63,541 nt of DNA, filler included, from Globobulimina sp. (GCA_003354225.1; 8 parts of 8 records of this genome joined end to end with filler, not necessarily neighbours in it), one strand, 5' to 3'. Counted from the first letter of the whole stretch, positions 34,236-47,814 are shown. Notes: generated by a model from the sequence alone, not told the origin. Made by a program: numbers and translations.

Positions 34236-34761
34236 CTATGGAGAATCGTTTTGTTGTATTGTAATTTGCATCTCTTGATCGTCAACTTCTTGATGCAAAA
34301 TAATTTCATCAAATGAAAAAAAAAATTGATCAGGCAACTCCTTATATGTTTTGTGAATATGACGTTGTCCAATAATAACATTACTGTCCAAAGCTAATAT
34401 GTATTCAAAATACTTACCATTTCTATCAATGAAATATGAACCATCGTCATCCATCAAACATTTGACACTGTCCGTAAACCTCAAGCAAAATATGGATCTC
34501 TACTGAAGCAAATAACATACCTGCAAACAATGTTATTTATACATATTATTATGACATCATCATACAATCGAAGATGTATAAATACTGCTTGTTTATATTA
34601 TTGATAAACTTATGGGGTATAATATTACCATACCGTATACAATAAAAAATCAGGATTGGTGCTTGAGGTTTACGGACGTTGCCATATCTTTGTTTCTTTG
34701 AATTATTATTTATATCGTCCAATGTTTCATGAAATGATCTCTTCATATTTATATCGTCCAA
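34236..34761 (-). pseudogene. Degenerate KCTD-type BTB/POZ gene fragment interrupted by a TIR-bounded insert
   Basis: DDDGSYFIDRNGKYFEYIL is the T1-type BTB signature; the first half of the domain is missing. Confidence 0.55.
34470..34677. mobile_element. 208-bp MITE-like insert with perfect 18-bp terminal inverted repeats
   Basis: GTCCGTAAACCTCAAGCA (34470-34487) and TGCTTGAGGTTTACGGAC (34660-34677); interior matches 7546-7696. Confidence 0.6.
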
Positions 34762-35040
34762 TGTGTAACAGTACTTAAAACTGCGTTTTTTGAAACACGT
34801 CTTCGCTCATTTTATGATAAAGTTCATGATAACTTTAGGATTACCATATTCTGGTTGGGCTAAACACAAAATAATTAATTCATGATAAAAAAATAATTCA
34901 TGATACAAAAAAAAATCATGATAAAGTCATGATGACAAAGTGCTTTCAGACAAACGGATATATATAATATAATATATTAATATTAAAAAAAAATATAAAA
35001 ACAGTATTCGTAAACCTTGCAATTAATATAATATGATTAA

Positions 35041-36740
35041 TTACTGATTACTGTCAGCTGATAATGTATAGTTCAACAGAAATGAAGGAACATTCTTCAA
35101 TTGAAGCAAAGGTTTGACTGCTTCCGAATCATTCACATTGCAGTTATTAGTAACAAATCTATCAAATGACATTTGCATTAAATGATACATTTCATCAATA
35201 ATCGGATCAAAATATTCAAACAGCTCAATATTTGTCATATCTTTATTTTTCTCAACAAAGTCCAGAAAGTTTAGATTTGAATGACCGACATACATTGCTC
35301 TTAATTCACCAGATATATTTATTGAAAATATTTGTATTTTTTTAGCATTAATATATTTCTCATATAACTTATAAATAATTAGTAAAATATCTTCAATCTC
35401 ACAGTTTCCTGCTAATTCATAAATAATCGATGAATTTGGAATTGATTTAATATTTTTCAAATTACTTATATTATAATCAAATATTAACATTTCCCCATCA
35501 GTTTCCATTGCTATTGTATCTGAATTGGACTTTACTTTTATCATTTTTTGACTCTTCTTGTTATTACCAAAATTATCACTAATTAAATTTTTAAATTGAA
35601 CCATTTCACAAAAACACAATAATATTTCGATACTGACCTCATTGCATAAATGTAATGCAAACAGTTCCAAAATATATCCGTCGATATCACTCAATAACGC
35701 TTCTCTTAATTATTGATGTTAAGATTACTGTTTTTAGCTTTCAGATTTATTCAAAATTCTCAGATGAAAGCTGAAAACAGTAATTTTAAGTACCTTAATG
35801 TTTTTGTTATAATTATTGTTTTCTGACACTCCGATTCTGATTCTGATTCTGATGCAAGTTTGGCCGCAGCAGCTAGCAATTTCAATGATTTGTCCTTCTT
35901 TAAAACAAAGCAAGTTATCAACAACATATACACATTTAAACCAATAATTGATACATATGTTGCAGATATTGTACGTATTAAATGATAATTCCTGGAACAA
36001 TAATAAAATAATAAAATATCAAATACAATAAATATAATCATAAAGAACGAGGAAAGTATCAAACTGCATCGCAACTCGTAACGTAAATGATATTTATCTA
36101 AATTATATTTATATGGTGATTTTAGATACAGTACAGACAGAATGATAATACATATTAGTAATTGTATATATATGTTGATAAAATCAATAAAAATATATTC
36201 AATGTGGTAGAGATCTGTAAATACATATATCAGACAATAGATTATGGTTAATATTATACATATAATTGCTGATATTTTTAACATATACGTGCGATTTCCA
36301 AATCTTTTTTTATTTTTTAGCCAAAAATCTGTTTCCGTTAAATTGCGATTGATCATTGTTTTCCATTGTTGGTGTTTACAGGAATGGCGGTGATGTATAT
36401 CATAATACATTAACCAGTATCGAGTAAATGCTAATATTATAATTGTATATAACAATAATTCATAGAAATAACGTAATGTTTTATGCAATTGTGGATAAGT
36501 TGCGGTTAATGGTGATACTAAACAAAAAACATACAATGGATACAACAATGAACACAACAGGATACCCAATATGTTGATGCATTTAACAATGCGGACGTAT
36601 CTATGTGGTATAATTGAATGAGTGTTCATTGTCTCTAATAACGCAACAACACAAAATTTGTGTGTGTAATAAATTTGGATTGGTATCAGGATACATATCG
36701 AACAAACAGTAGTCAGAGCTGTAACACGTAACGCTGCCAT
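35041..36740 (-). CDS. Multi-TM (7TM-like) RGS protein; intron 35705-35793
   Basis: Hydrophobic helices, then RGS motifs LFALHLCNEVSIEILLCF, LYEKYI...SINIS, MQMSFDRF; phase-2 GT-AG intron joins the two ORFs. Confidence 0.8.
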
Positions 36741-36852
36741 GTAGAGATTTTAGTGCTGGGGTTTAGTTTTTGTGACAAAAAATGTTTTATCCACAAAACG
36801 AGGTTTTACACTGCTTTTTCCGAAACAATATAACAATTTTGTCTTATAGATT

Positions 36853-37719
36853 TTATGTGTTTCTTGGTTTCATATTTCTAAATGTTAAGCTAACTCGAAC
36901 CTTTTTAACCGTTGCCCTCTTTGGAATTGAATGATACCAAAATGAATTTGTTGGATATCTCATAACAACCAAACTTCCATTTTGTAACGCAACTTTAACA
37001 GATTTTACTTGTTCAACATCCGTGGTCATAGAATTGTCCTTCTTTTTATTTTTATTTTGATTTCTAACAATATCTTTATGTTTAAATATGATATCTCGGA
37101 CAGCACCAAATGATACGTCTGCAATGCTTGAAGTTGTAATCAAATCATGTTCATCATCTTTATGAAAACCAATTTTATCATTTCCATCCTTGTATCGATT
37201 TACTAAACAAAAATTAAATTCGTTTCCAATGTTATTACTTTGTTTACTTTCCGATTTATTGTTTTTATTTTCATTATTCGCGGAAGATAACTTTGTTTCT
37301 ATTTTCTTTTTAATATCATAAATTAATGGCAATTTGTTCCAATGTTTTGCTTTTACATCATTTCCGGAGAATTTATATGATGTCCAATCATCGCCAAATG
37401 CGGTTTGTTTGCGCGGAATTTTGTGCTTTTTACCAAATACAATCACCGACGATTCTTCATCATTATTATATTCTATACATTTTTCTAATTTATCCAATAT
37501 TTCTGTTGATTCTTTGGATGAATAAAAATTTGGGAAATATTGCAAATATAAATTATTTTCCCTTATCTCAATACAATAATCACTTGCTGTTGATTTGATA
37601 TCCATAGTACCGACGACTCGCGTACGAAATCTGCTTTTCTTTGATACATTTGATGTATTTAACTTCCTGCGTTTTAATGGAGGGTTCCCTGTTTTAAGAG
37701 AGTGGATAGTCCTCTTCAT
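36853..37719 (-). CDS. ALKBH2: AlkB-family 2OG-Fe(II) DNA demethylase, ALKBH2-like
   Basis: VFGKKHKIPRKQTAFGD, FNFCLVNRYKDGNDKIGFHKDDE, WYHSIPKR, RVSLTFR. Confidence 0.9.
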   Translation of the reverse strand: MKRTIHSLKTGNPPLKRRKLNTSNVSKKSRFRTRVVGTMDIKSTASDYCIEIRENNLYLQYFPNFYSSKESTEILDKLEKCIEYNNDEESSVIVFGKKHKIPRKQTAFGDDWTSYKFSGNDVKAKHWNKLPLIYDIKKKIETKLSSANNENKNNKSESKQSNNIGNEFNFCLVNRYKDGNDKIGFHKDDEHDLITTSSIADVSFGAVRDIIFKHKDIVRNQNKNKKKDNSMTTDVEQVKSVKVALQNGSLVVMRYPTNSFWYHSIPKRATVKKVRVSLTFRNMKPRNT

Positions 37720-37873
37720 GAGTTTGGGAGTTGTTTGTGGAATGTGGATGTCGCACAAAGAAATGTAAATGGATGGGAGTTGTTTGTGGATGAAAAACTT
37801 TAACTAGTAGAGTTGGCGAGATATTACTGAATTAATGTAATATTATGCATTGATGATATACATTTTAGCCTGA

Positions 37874-39429
37874 CTATAATTTTGCTGTTGTCAGTTTACA
37901 TTTTTTTTCCAAAATTTTTGCAATATTTAAAATTTTTTCTTCTTGATGTAATCCGGACATAATTAACATTCCAAGAGGCATTCTTTTATTCTTTTTCATC
38001 TTCAAATACTTGATTGGCACTGATAAGCCAGGAATCGCAGTCACTGTCGATAGTGTAGTAAATGCTGCATTTGAATGATAGCAATCTGTCCATAATTTTG
38101 TTGTTCCATCAACTTTATCCTTTAAAAATCCATCAATTCGATAATCTGTTTGTTTGGGTGTCAATATTGGCACTGTTGGTGTAATTAAAATATCATATTT
38201 ACTAAAACATTTATAAATTATTTTACAAAAACTTTCTCTGTTTTTAATACATTGTATAATATCCATTCCATTTATTTTATTTTTACCGTCAAACATCATT
38301 TGTTGAATATTTAAATCAATTTTATCTAAAAACGTTTTATTATCCTTGAAATAATTTGGATATTCAACACACATTATACATTTTTTCATTTTATTCCATA
38401 CATCCATATGATGTCCATTTATTCGATCGATTGAATTATAAATTGGTGGATCAATAAATTCAATGTTATCTACAAAATTCGTCAAATATTCCATTTTGTT
38501 TAATACTGCATTCCATATTTCAACATCAATATAATTAACTGCACCATCTAAATCTTTAGAAACTGCAATTCGATAATTTTTGATGTTGTCTTTTCGTTTT
38601 ATTCTTTTATGAACATCTTCAATTTCACTTTTTGCATAATTAAAATTATCAGGCATTTGTTTCAAATATAACTCAATGTCTTCAATCCGGCGACACATTG
38701 GTCCAACAGTTGTCCAGTTAGGGAATGGAGCATATACTCCAAGTCCAACAGTTGGGCGCAATCCATAAACACCACAAATCGACGAAGGAATTCGAACTGA
38801 TCCTCCAGCATCACTTCCAACATTCAAACATCCAATTCCTATCATTAATTGCTATGAAATTACACATTTAAAACAAAAAATGCATGCAAAGACATACCGA
38901 GAGCTGTGAGGGTTGCAGCCCCTCCTGAACTTCCACCAGTAATCAAGCTTAAATTATGTGGATTATTTGTATGGCCATGGAGATAAGAAGAAGTGACAGT
39001 TTTTTGTGACATTTCAGGACATGTGGTTTGACATAAAATAATTGCACCTTGAGACACTAAAGCATGAATTGCTGGATTTGATTGGGTCGGAGTGCGGTGA
39101 TATTGCGGATTAAAAATGCCGTTTGTATATGGAACACCCTCCAATGCATTGCTGGAAACATCTTTAATTGTTATAGGAATACCATCAAATGGTCCTAATG
39201 TTGCACCAGTTTCATATCGAATTGTTGATTCTTTTGCATTTTGTAAAATGGAATCTGTAGCAAAGCGTTTTGCAATTGCATTTACTTTTGGGTTAACTTT
39301 ATCTAATTCTTGCAATTGCCATTCAACAACTTGCAATGGTGTAATCGCTCCGATTCTGTAATAATTGGTGATTTCTGCAATTGATAGGGTTGGAATTCGA
39401 GAAAGAATTACAGAAACTGACGTTGACAT
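37874..39429 (-). CDS. Amidase-signature family enzyme, 2 exons, with C-terminal AKL (PTS1-like)
   Basis: GIPITIKD, GGSSGG, GSDAGGSVRIPS; phase-1 GTATGT...ATAG intron. Confidence 0.9.
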
Positions 39430-39873
39430 GTTTTACTTAATGTTATTAAATTCGAAAACGTTTTTATTCGATCGTGAATCATTTTTATTAAAAGCGTATA
39501 ATATTATGTTAACAGCCGAATGAATGAAACGGAAAGTAGACGAAATTTCAGATTATTGTACTTATATTGTAAACGATTTGATTTGTCAATCATCAAAAAC
39601 TAAACTAAAATATAAATTAAAATTACATTGACATTAGCATAGACATAGAGCTAAATAAATTATAAAACAATACAAAAACAAATATAAAAATATATATATT
39701 TTTTATATCAGCAAATTCAGAAGAAAGCAAATTAAATTATTAATTTATTGACCCAATTGATGCAATAATTGCTNNNNNNNNNNNNNNNNNNNNNNNNNNN
39801 NNNNNNNNNNNNNNNNNTTAATTAATTAANNNNNNNNNNNNNNNNNNNNNNNNNNNNNNNNNNNNNNNNNNNN

Positions 39874-40280
39874 TCCATTTGAAATTAGGATAAAACCTAA
39901 ATTCTCATCACCGCTGTAATACATATCAGCCAACAAGCCGTAGGCATTGCCATGGTGCCCAACAAAAGAGAGGCCTTTCATAATGTAATCACTATCAACA
40001 ACTTGGGTTGTTCTCTGTAATCCTAAACCCCAACTTAAAAAATGATTATGATAAGTATTTCCATTAGATCCATTGCTATGCCATTGCATTAACTCCATTT
40101 TAGACATTGTGCTTTCTTCTAATATCCGAATTCCATTAAAGTTTCCCTTATGCATTAAAACATGAAGAATTTTGGCCAAATCATTAACTGTAATCCGTAA
40201 ACCACCTTGCGGGCTATAATACAAACCATTTATACCAAGTGGATAATCTCTATCTTTTGGATAAACATTGTGGTAATTCA
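39874..40280 (-). CDS. Internal fragment of a beta-lactamase-family serine hydrolase (N-terminal half absent)
   Basis: GINGLYYSPQGGLRITVNDLAK, GIRILEESTM, WGLG, GHHGNAYGL; no SxxK region upstream. Confidence 0.7.
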
Positions 40281-41260
40281 GTATGTTCGTCTTTGTTTTC
40301 ATCATCGCTAAAAAGTGAGAAATCAGAATCCGATGCACTTTTGCACATTGTAGGTGCTTCACTCAATACTGTACAATTTGTGGTATCATCAATGTGGCTC
40401 TCTGCAATTACTATTGGCGCGTCCGTAGTATTATTGGTATGGATTATGTTTTGTATCACAGTGTGCCAATCATTCTTAATTTTGTGTGTGTTTATGTTAT
40501 CAAAAACGTTTTATATTTTCTTGTATATATTGCAGTTAACTCGTTGCTGAAGCTCTTTTGCACACAAATGCCAGGTTCGATCTTTTGTAACTAAATGAAA
40601 CACAAATTTATTTTTATTTTCCTTTTCTGTGCCATGATGTATTGCAGTTGCTTTATTTAATGCTATTACGCCGCACAAAGATTTCTTATTAAAATCTTTA
40701 TAATATTTTATTTGTTTGAAAACATTGCAAACAAAATATCTCCTTTTCCATGCTTTATTGGCATGGCCTCGCTTTTTTAGCCATCCTTGTTTTACGATGC
40801 CGCCATATAGCAATTGGTCAAAGATACGGATCCATTTCAAAAATGCCTGCTCGTCCACTGCAGAAAACATATACTTTCGTTTTGTTGTTTTAATTCTGAA
40901 AGAATACAATTTATCAGATTTTATATCTTCTTTTATTAGTATATTATCGGGAATTTGTTGAATTAATGATATAACGGATGCGTTGGCAATTATATCCACG
41001 CCATACGCTTGCGAGAGTTCGATCGTTCCACATAATTTACGATTAAATTTTACATATTTTCCATTATCTGTCAACAAAAAATTATAGTCATCAGTGGCGA
41101 AAGAGATAATGGCTTCGGTTGATATAAAAATTAACATACAGTATTCGAATATAATATTATCATTTAGGTTTCGCAAAACACACCATCTATGTTTCCATCC
41201 CTTACTTATTTTACCTTTTTTCAATAATTTTTCTTCAAACAAAACAGATGAGGACGACAT
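40250..41260 (-). CDS. Tandem PH-domain protein (at least 3 exons; 3' end possibly chimeric)
   Basis: LLKKGKISKGWKHRWCVL and KQGWLKKRGHANKAWKRRYF PH signatures. Confidence 0.85.
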
Positions 41261-41567
41261 TAGAGTTCTTGCAAATTTATTAAACGATGCGTTTTTTTAC
41301 ATAACCCCGCCACTAGTTAGATAACCACCCCTTTGTATACATAGCGATCAATATACGGTTTGCATTACTTGTTTTGCAAAAGCAATTGCAAATGTACGGT
41401 TTGCATTCACTTTGTAAACCCAATGCAAATATACTTTGATCAAATCATATACAAAAAATGGTTGTAAAAGTCATTGAGCTACGTGAGATTGGTTTGAGAA
41501 TGATGAAGAAAAAATCTTTTCAAAATTGAAAACACTATTTAAAATCTGCACTTATCGATTAGTCATA

Positions 41568-43370
41568 ATGTCTGAGTCATTGACAGCGCGGCCAAAATCA
41601 GTACAAACTGCAGAATGTGGGTTTCATGATATTGAAAATTTTTATTTATATAATCATTTCCAATCAACTGAAGACCTGTCTGATTATTCAACAAACACGG
41701 AAAAATGTTCTGGAATACTAGATTCAAAAAAAAATCCTTGTTATTCTTCAAATGACGAGCAATCTGAAGATAGCAGTCTGAATCCAGACGTAATAGATTT
41801 AGATAAATCTAAGTTTGAAGCATTCGGTATTGACCTCATTGAAGAATATTCCTTAACACCCTCACCCACTGTATCATGTATTACTCCTTTTACCGAGGAT
41901 TGTGTACATAATCAGCCGCCGCCGCTACAACTTCCGATATCAATGCATCAATACAATGCTCTATATGCATGCCCTCAAAATGTTACTTTTGGTGAAGAAT
42001 ATTTCGCAACTCAGTTCCCTCCAAAGTTTACCGTATTACCAAGCTTTGAAGGAGCACAGTTTAACCAGATGGATATTGGCAGCATTTTAGAATTAAAATT
42101 CGGAATAAAAGAACTAGTTCGATGCAACTTAATTTATAGGCTCATGAAAGACCAATGCGGCTCGCGATATTTGCAGGATCTGTTAAAATCATATATTTCT
42201 ATTTCAGATTCACGAGAATGCGAAAATGTTATAACCTCATTGGTCAATCATTTGATATCAACTAATATTGATTTAACAGCAATGTCTGAACATGTTTATG
42301 GCAATCATTTAATTTCACTGCTTTTTGTTCATGGAAGCGACCTTCACCATGAAATATTGCTGAATTATTTTGTATACCCTTCGACATTGCGACTATGTCA
42401 AGCAAAACATGGATGTCGTGTAATAGGCAAAATATTATCGTCCGTCCAAAATCTTAACAGATTGATGCAATTGGTCGAATGTTTTAGGAAACAAGCAAAT
42501 ATTCGTAGTAATTGCAATTCTATTCACGAGTATTTGCTTTGTTGCAATACCAGCCATATTATTCGGACAATGATTGAATTAAAGTTACCGTACGAAGCGG
42601 TACAATTTATAGGAAATGCATTAGAAAACAATCTGAGTATGTACAGTGCAACGAGAACAACGTATTAAATTTGTATATATTTGTTTTTTGTTTTTGTTTT
42701 TGTTATATGTTCAGTTTGTTATTCCGAAAATGTTTATGCCTGTCGTGCGGTTCAAGCATTTGTTCGTTGTTACGCTGATAAATTGGATGTAAATAAATTG
42801 TTTTTAAATGCAGGGCATATCTATTTATCCCAAGTGAAATTTGGGAATTATGTGATTCAATGTATAATTAAGAAAGATGAATGGTACTCTAATTTATCGG
42901 AAATACGAAAATTCCGTAATCAATTAATTGACCATGTATTTAAGAATGGGAATATTTTATATTTAAGCAAAGACAAACACGGTTCGAACGTGATTGAAAC
43001 GTGCATTAAAGTGGCAAATGAAAAACAAATCGAGACTCTGACAAACATTATTTGCGCCAAACAAGGCTTTTTATTAAAAGAAATGCTCGCGGATAAATTT
43101 GGCAATTATATCCCCAAAACATTATTAGAACATTGCCAAACAAGACAAAGAATAATATTGGTCAACACCCTGCATTCGCATATTACAGATCTGTATCAAA
43201 ATTATCATATCTTTCGATATTGTGCTTATTTTATAAAACAATGCCAACGAATAAAATATAGTATGGATACAAAAACTAATAATCGACATAATACGCATAG
43301 CAATGTTGCAACACACAACAAACAAACTGATAATTATAATAAACGCAATATGTATACGCGTAATAGATAG
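41568..43370 (+). CDS. Pumilio/PUF-repeat RNA-binding protein, 2 exons
   Basis: KDQCGSRYLQ, EHVYGNHLI, KHGCRVI, KFGNYVIQ, KDKHGSNVIE, DKFGNYI repeats; phase-1 intron. Confidence 0.88.
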
Positions 43371-44245
43371 CTAATAATATTAGTAATTGATAATAATTAT
43401 TTAATTAACGATCGACAAAACTAGTAAATAATATATTTATTTATAATTAACAAACTTTATTTATTTATATTTCCATATTTCCTGTGGTTAGAAGTGGCGA
43501 ATAGTATGATATAAGCAGCCATTCTGTAATTAATTTGCGCATCGCTGCTATTTGTACAAGCTTCAACATCACATTATAATGTTTATATTTTTTCATATAT
43601 TTAAATTTTGTCTTATATGTTAGATTTAACTTTGGCTTACAAATACATTGACGTTAAGAGTTAAGTTTTTTGTTGGAATTAGTTTTTGTACGTATGGGTA
43701 ATTTTAGATTTTGTATTGATTAGTTTTTATAAAAATATATGATTATAGTTTTGTATACACTTTGTATCGATTAATTTTTATAAAAAATATGATTTTCATA
43801 TAATCTCAAAACAAGAAAGATTTATATATATATTTATATAAATATTATGTAGATTTTGTCATATCAGTTTTATTCGAAAATTTGTTGGATTGTCTATTGT
43901 TCATTGTTATTGAAATAATTAATTTAATTTATGATTTTAATAGTTCTTTTTTTTTGTTTTAGTAATTTAGTTGCTGCCTAAAATATATATATATATAAAT
44001 AATTTAGATTTGGTTTGCAATCGGGTTTTTTCTGATTTGTTACGTTTGGTGGTTACATGCAGTGAAGTTCAGAAAACATATATATGCTAAACACATGAAA
44101 ACTTCTCGACTGCTCTAGTTCGCAATTATGTTTGCATGCATGATATGACAAATAAATTCGATACATTAGTTAACAATGTACTTTTTTCTGCATTTCAAAA
44201 CAAAATGTTAAATATCTAGCTCATTTAACACGTATTCCATGAAAA

Positions 44246-44746
44246 ATGGAGGCATCAATCTCACTGACAACGTCTGTGTCAAACGAACGTGAATATGATA
44301 CAGAAGATGAATATTATGATAACATAGAAAATGGTTTGGTGGCAGATTATGATCCATTAAAACCATTGCAACCATTAATTCCATTAAAATATACACAATC
44401 AATATCGGAATATTATGATGAGTCCGATGAGTGTGATGAGTCCGATGTATTTGAATTTTTTTTCAACACCTTTCTTGATCAGGAATTGAATGGAGAGATT
44501 ACAATCTGTCAATTTGTATCATTAACGGAAATATCAGCATTAACAGAGAAAGATATTTATAAAATATTTAATTATATTGATGAGGATAAATCGGGCCACT
44601 TAGACTCTGTTGATTTTGTACAATTCTGTACAGCAAAATGTTTTGACAAGAATATTAATACGGATTTTAATATGAAAACATTACAATTTACAATTATATC
44701 ATGCATCAGAAACCAACCTTTAATGGCAAGTTTATTGTGTGCATAA
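44246..44746 (+). CDS. EF-hand protein
   Basis: DEDKSGHLDSVDF loop plus a degenerate partner DQELNGEITICQF. Confidence 0.7.
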   Translation: MEASISLTTSVSNEREYDTEDEYYDNIENGLVADYDPLKPLQPLIPLKYTQSISEYYDESDECDESDVFEFFFNTFLDQELNGEITICQFVSLTEISALTEKDIYKIFNYIDEDKSGHLDSVDFVQFCTAKCFDKNINTDFNMKTLQFTIISCIRNQPLMASLLCA

Positions 44747-45099
44747 ATTATATGTTTTGAATTAGAACGTGCTTTTTTTCTTTCTTTGTTTGTTTTTGCG
44801 GAAAATATTGTTTTTTATTTTTGCGGGAAATATATTTTTGTTTGATTATAAATACAATTGCAACCTTATATTGTTTTTCTTAATTTGCCAACATTTCTAT
44901 TTATTTGTTAATTTAATTTTAGTGTGTTTACTTTTTTTGTTGTTGTAGGTATTGCATGCATGATACTATAAGTGTTAGTATCATGATTCGTCGATCACCA
45001 AACATTTAATTTAATTATATTCATCGGTGCCTGGCAATTGCTTACTCTTTTTGTACATATCGTGTTTTGTTTTTCAATTTCAAAGTTTTTAATAAAAAC

Positions 45100-47714
45100 A
45101 TGGAACGTGCATTTGCTTGTTGTGCAAGTATCGCTTGTTGTCGAAACGCTGAAAATGACGCGAATGATAGAGAAGCATCAAATAAATGTTCCACATGCGG
45201 TCTGAGTCAGAGCAAAATGAAAAAGGTGAACAATACATAAACTCATCACAAAAATTATTAAACTATCATTTATTCATACTTATAAATATAAATACAGTTA
45301 GAATCAGCATTGCAAAAACGAACGAATGAATTAAAAAAGACATTAAAACAGTTGGCCAACACACACAAAATAACTAAACAACAAATACTCAAATTCGCAG
45401 AATTCCATCAAGAGTCCCTTGCCAATATCAAACAAAAACTGTGTAAACATCAGCTTGTTGTAAAAGAGAGAGATAATTTGAAAATTGAAAACGAAGAACT
45501 CCACACTGAAATCGATGAATTCCAACAAGTCATTCACGAATTAGAACTGTCAAATGTATGCCATTATAATTATACCAATACTACAGTAATATAAATAAAA
45601 CAATACATGAAATTGCAAAAAAACACAGGTGCAAATTCAATCAAAATATGATTTATCAGAAGAACGTAGAAAATACCACCTAAAAGTTTCTCACTTACAA
45701 TCACAAATTGATTCACGTCCCAACATCAGCAGAGTCAACAAACAACACTTTGAGGATGACAATAAGTCTCCGAGTGCTCCGATTGCAGCACCAATCCCCG
45801 TACAATCCGCCCCGATGGCGATGGCAGCGCCGCTACCACCACAAATGAGCACCATTCTACAAAACAGATTATCTCTCGAACGGCAACAGAGTCAGCAACA
45901 AATTGCCGAGTTGGAGACTACAATCAAGAACTTAGAAAGACAGAGTTCTATCTTGAATATGCAAGTTGGTGAGTTCCGCAGACGTGACAGTCGACGCAGT
46001 TTGTTAGCATTCCACCCCATTGCCATAGGTCCACATTTTGCTGCTTCGTCAATGCCTCGCAAGCCGCAAATAAAACCCTCCATAGCCATGAAAACATTGC
46101 ATTGGAAACACATCCCTGACAATAAAATAAAGCATACGGTTTGGGAGCAAATATCCAAAATTGAGGATGACATCGTCAGTAAAGATATTGGTCAGAAGCA
46201 AGCGGCGGATGCTCCATTTTTGGATGCTTTGTTTGAGGATTTGGAAACCAACGAGTTTGTTAGCAAGCGGCTAATAAAAGAAATGCAACACTTTCTCATT
46301 GCGAATGAATATGATTCCGATGCTTTGGAGCAGGACGTCGCGGATTATGCTGTTGGTAGTAATGTGTATGCAGCAAATGAAGAGTTTGTGCATTTAATCA
46401 AACAACACACAAAGAAGCAGCACACACAAACCAGTCTGCGTAGTTTGGAGCAGTTGTTTCCGCGGAAAGAAAAGGCAAAGAAAGGCCCGAAAAGGCTCTG
46501 GAGGCAAAGGGTTCGCGTCCAGATGTTTGAGACTAAGCGCGCGAGAAATGTGGCCATTGGGTTGGGCGGATTGAAGATGCGCATTGAAGACATTAAGTGG
46601 GCCATTTTACGCATGAATGAGGAGATTATGACCGTGGAATTTTTGGGCAAACTCATCCCTTTGGCTCCCTCGCCCGAAGAGATCCGCATTGTGCAGAGCT
46701 ACAGCGGCAAAGTGAAGGAGTTGGGAGAATGCGAGCAGTTCTTTCTGCAGTTCCGGAATATGGAAAATGTCAAAGCTAGGCTGGAAGTGTGGTTATTTAA
46801 GCGAGATTTTGAGGAGAAATACACTCATCGCATGCAGCAAGTGTTGGCTTTGACATTCATGCAAGAAACCATTCGAAACTCACAGCATTTCAAACAAGTC
46901 TTAGCCGCGTTGTTGGCCGCTGGCAATTTTATCAATGGCGGCACTGCGAAAGGAGGGAAACACGGATTTGTGTTGAAAACGTTGCAGAAAGTTGGTGCGT
47001 ATCGGAGCACTGATAATAAAATGAGTATTTTGGGCTATTTGTATAAATATTTACGGGATAATTATCCAGCGGCGCTAGAATGGATTGATGAGTTTGATGA
47101 TTTGCCGGAAGTGGTACGCATTGAATCGGATCAGTTGGATCAAGACATCACAGCAATCAGCAATGAGCTGCGTAAACTTGGTGCAATGTTACGGGGCACA
47201 CAGGAGTCGAAAGAGAGAGATGATCGGTTTGAGAAAGCAATGGATGAGTTTTATAATGAAACTGTAGCAAAACTGGAGGATTTGCAGCAAGGTTGGTTTG
47301 ACTGCATGGTGGATATACAGGATCTGGCTGCTTTTTTTGGTGAGGAAGTGAAAGCAGCAAAGTTTACAACGGAAGAGTTTTTCGGAATTTTTAATGTTTT
47401 TAGAAATGAGTTTATGGAGCATCGGGATAAAATTATTAAAGCGGAGCAGCAGAAGGAAAGAAGGGAAATAAGACAAGAGAGGAAATTGAAGCGATTGACG
47501 GAGTTGAAGGAAATGATGCGATCGACAGAGGATATTGATGGGAAACGGCGGCGAAGATTTAGGAGAAAGAAGCGAAGGAGAAAAGGTGTTAAAGCTAAGG
47601 GTGGAGAAAGAAAACAGAAATATTTACAAGTCGATGATACAGGAATATCGGGTATTGATTCTGAGCTTGGATCTGGATATTATACATCAAATATACAGAC
47701 GGGTCATGATAATG
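45100..47714 (+). CDS. Formin (FH2 domain); exons 45100-45225, 45298-45555 and 45629 onward; 3' truncated
   Basis: MKTLHWKHI...TVW, KRARNVAIGL, LAAGNFINGGTAKGGKHGF, EEFFGIFNVF. Confidence 0.9.
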
Positions 47715-47814
47715 NNNNNNNNNNNNNNNNNNNNNNNNNNNNNNNNNNNNNNNNNNNNTTAATTAATTAANNNNNNNNNNNNNNNNNNNNNNNNNNNNNN
47801 NNNNNNNNNNNNNN

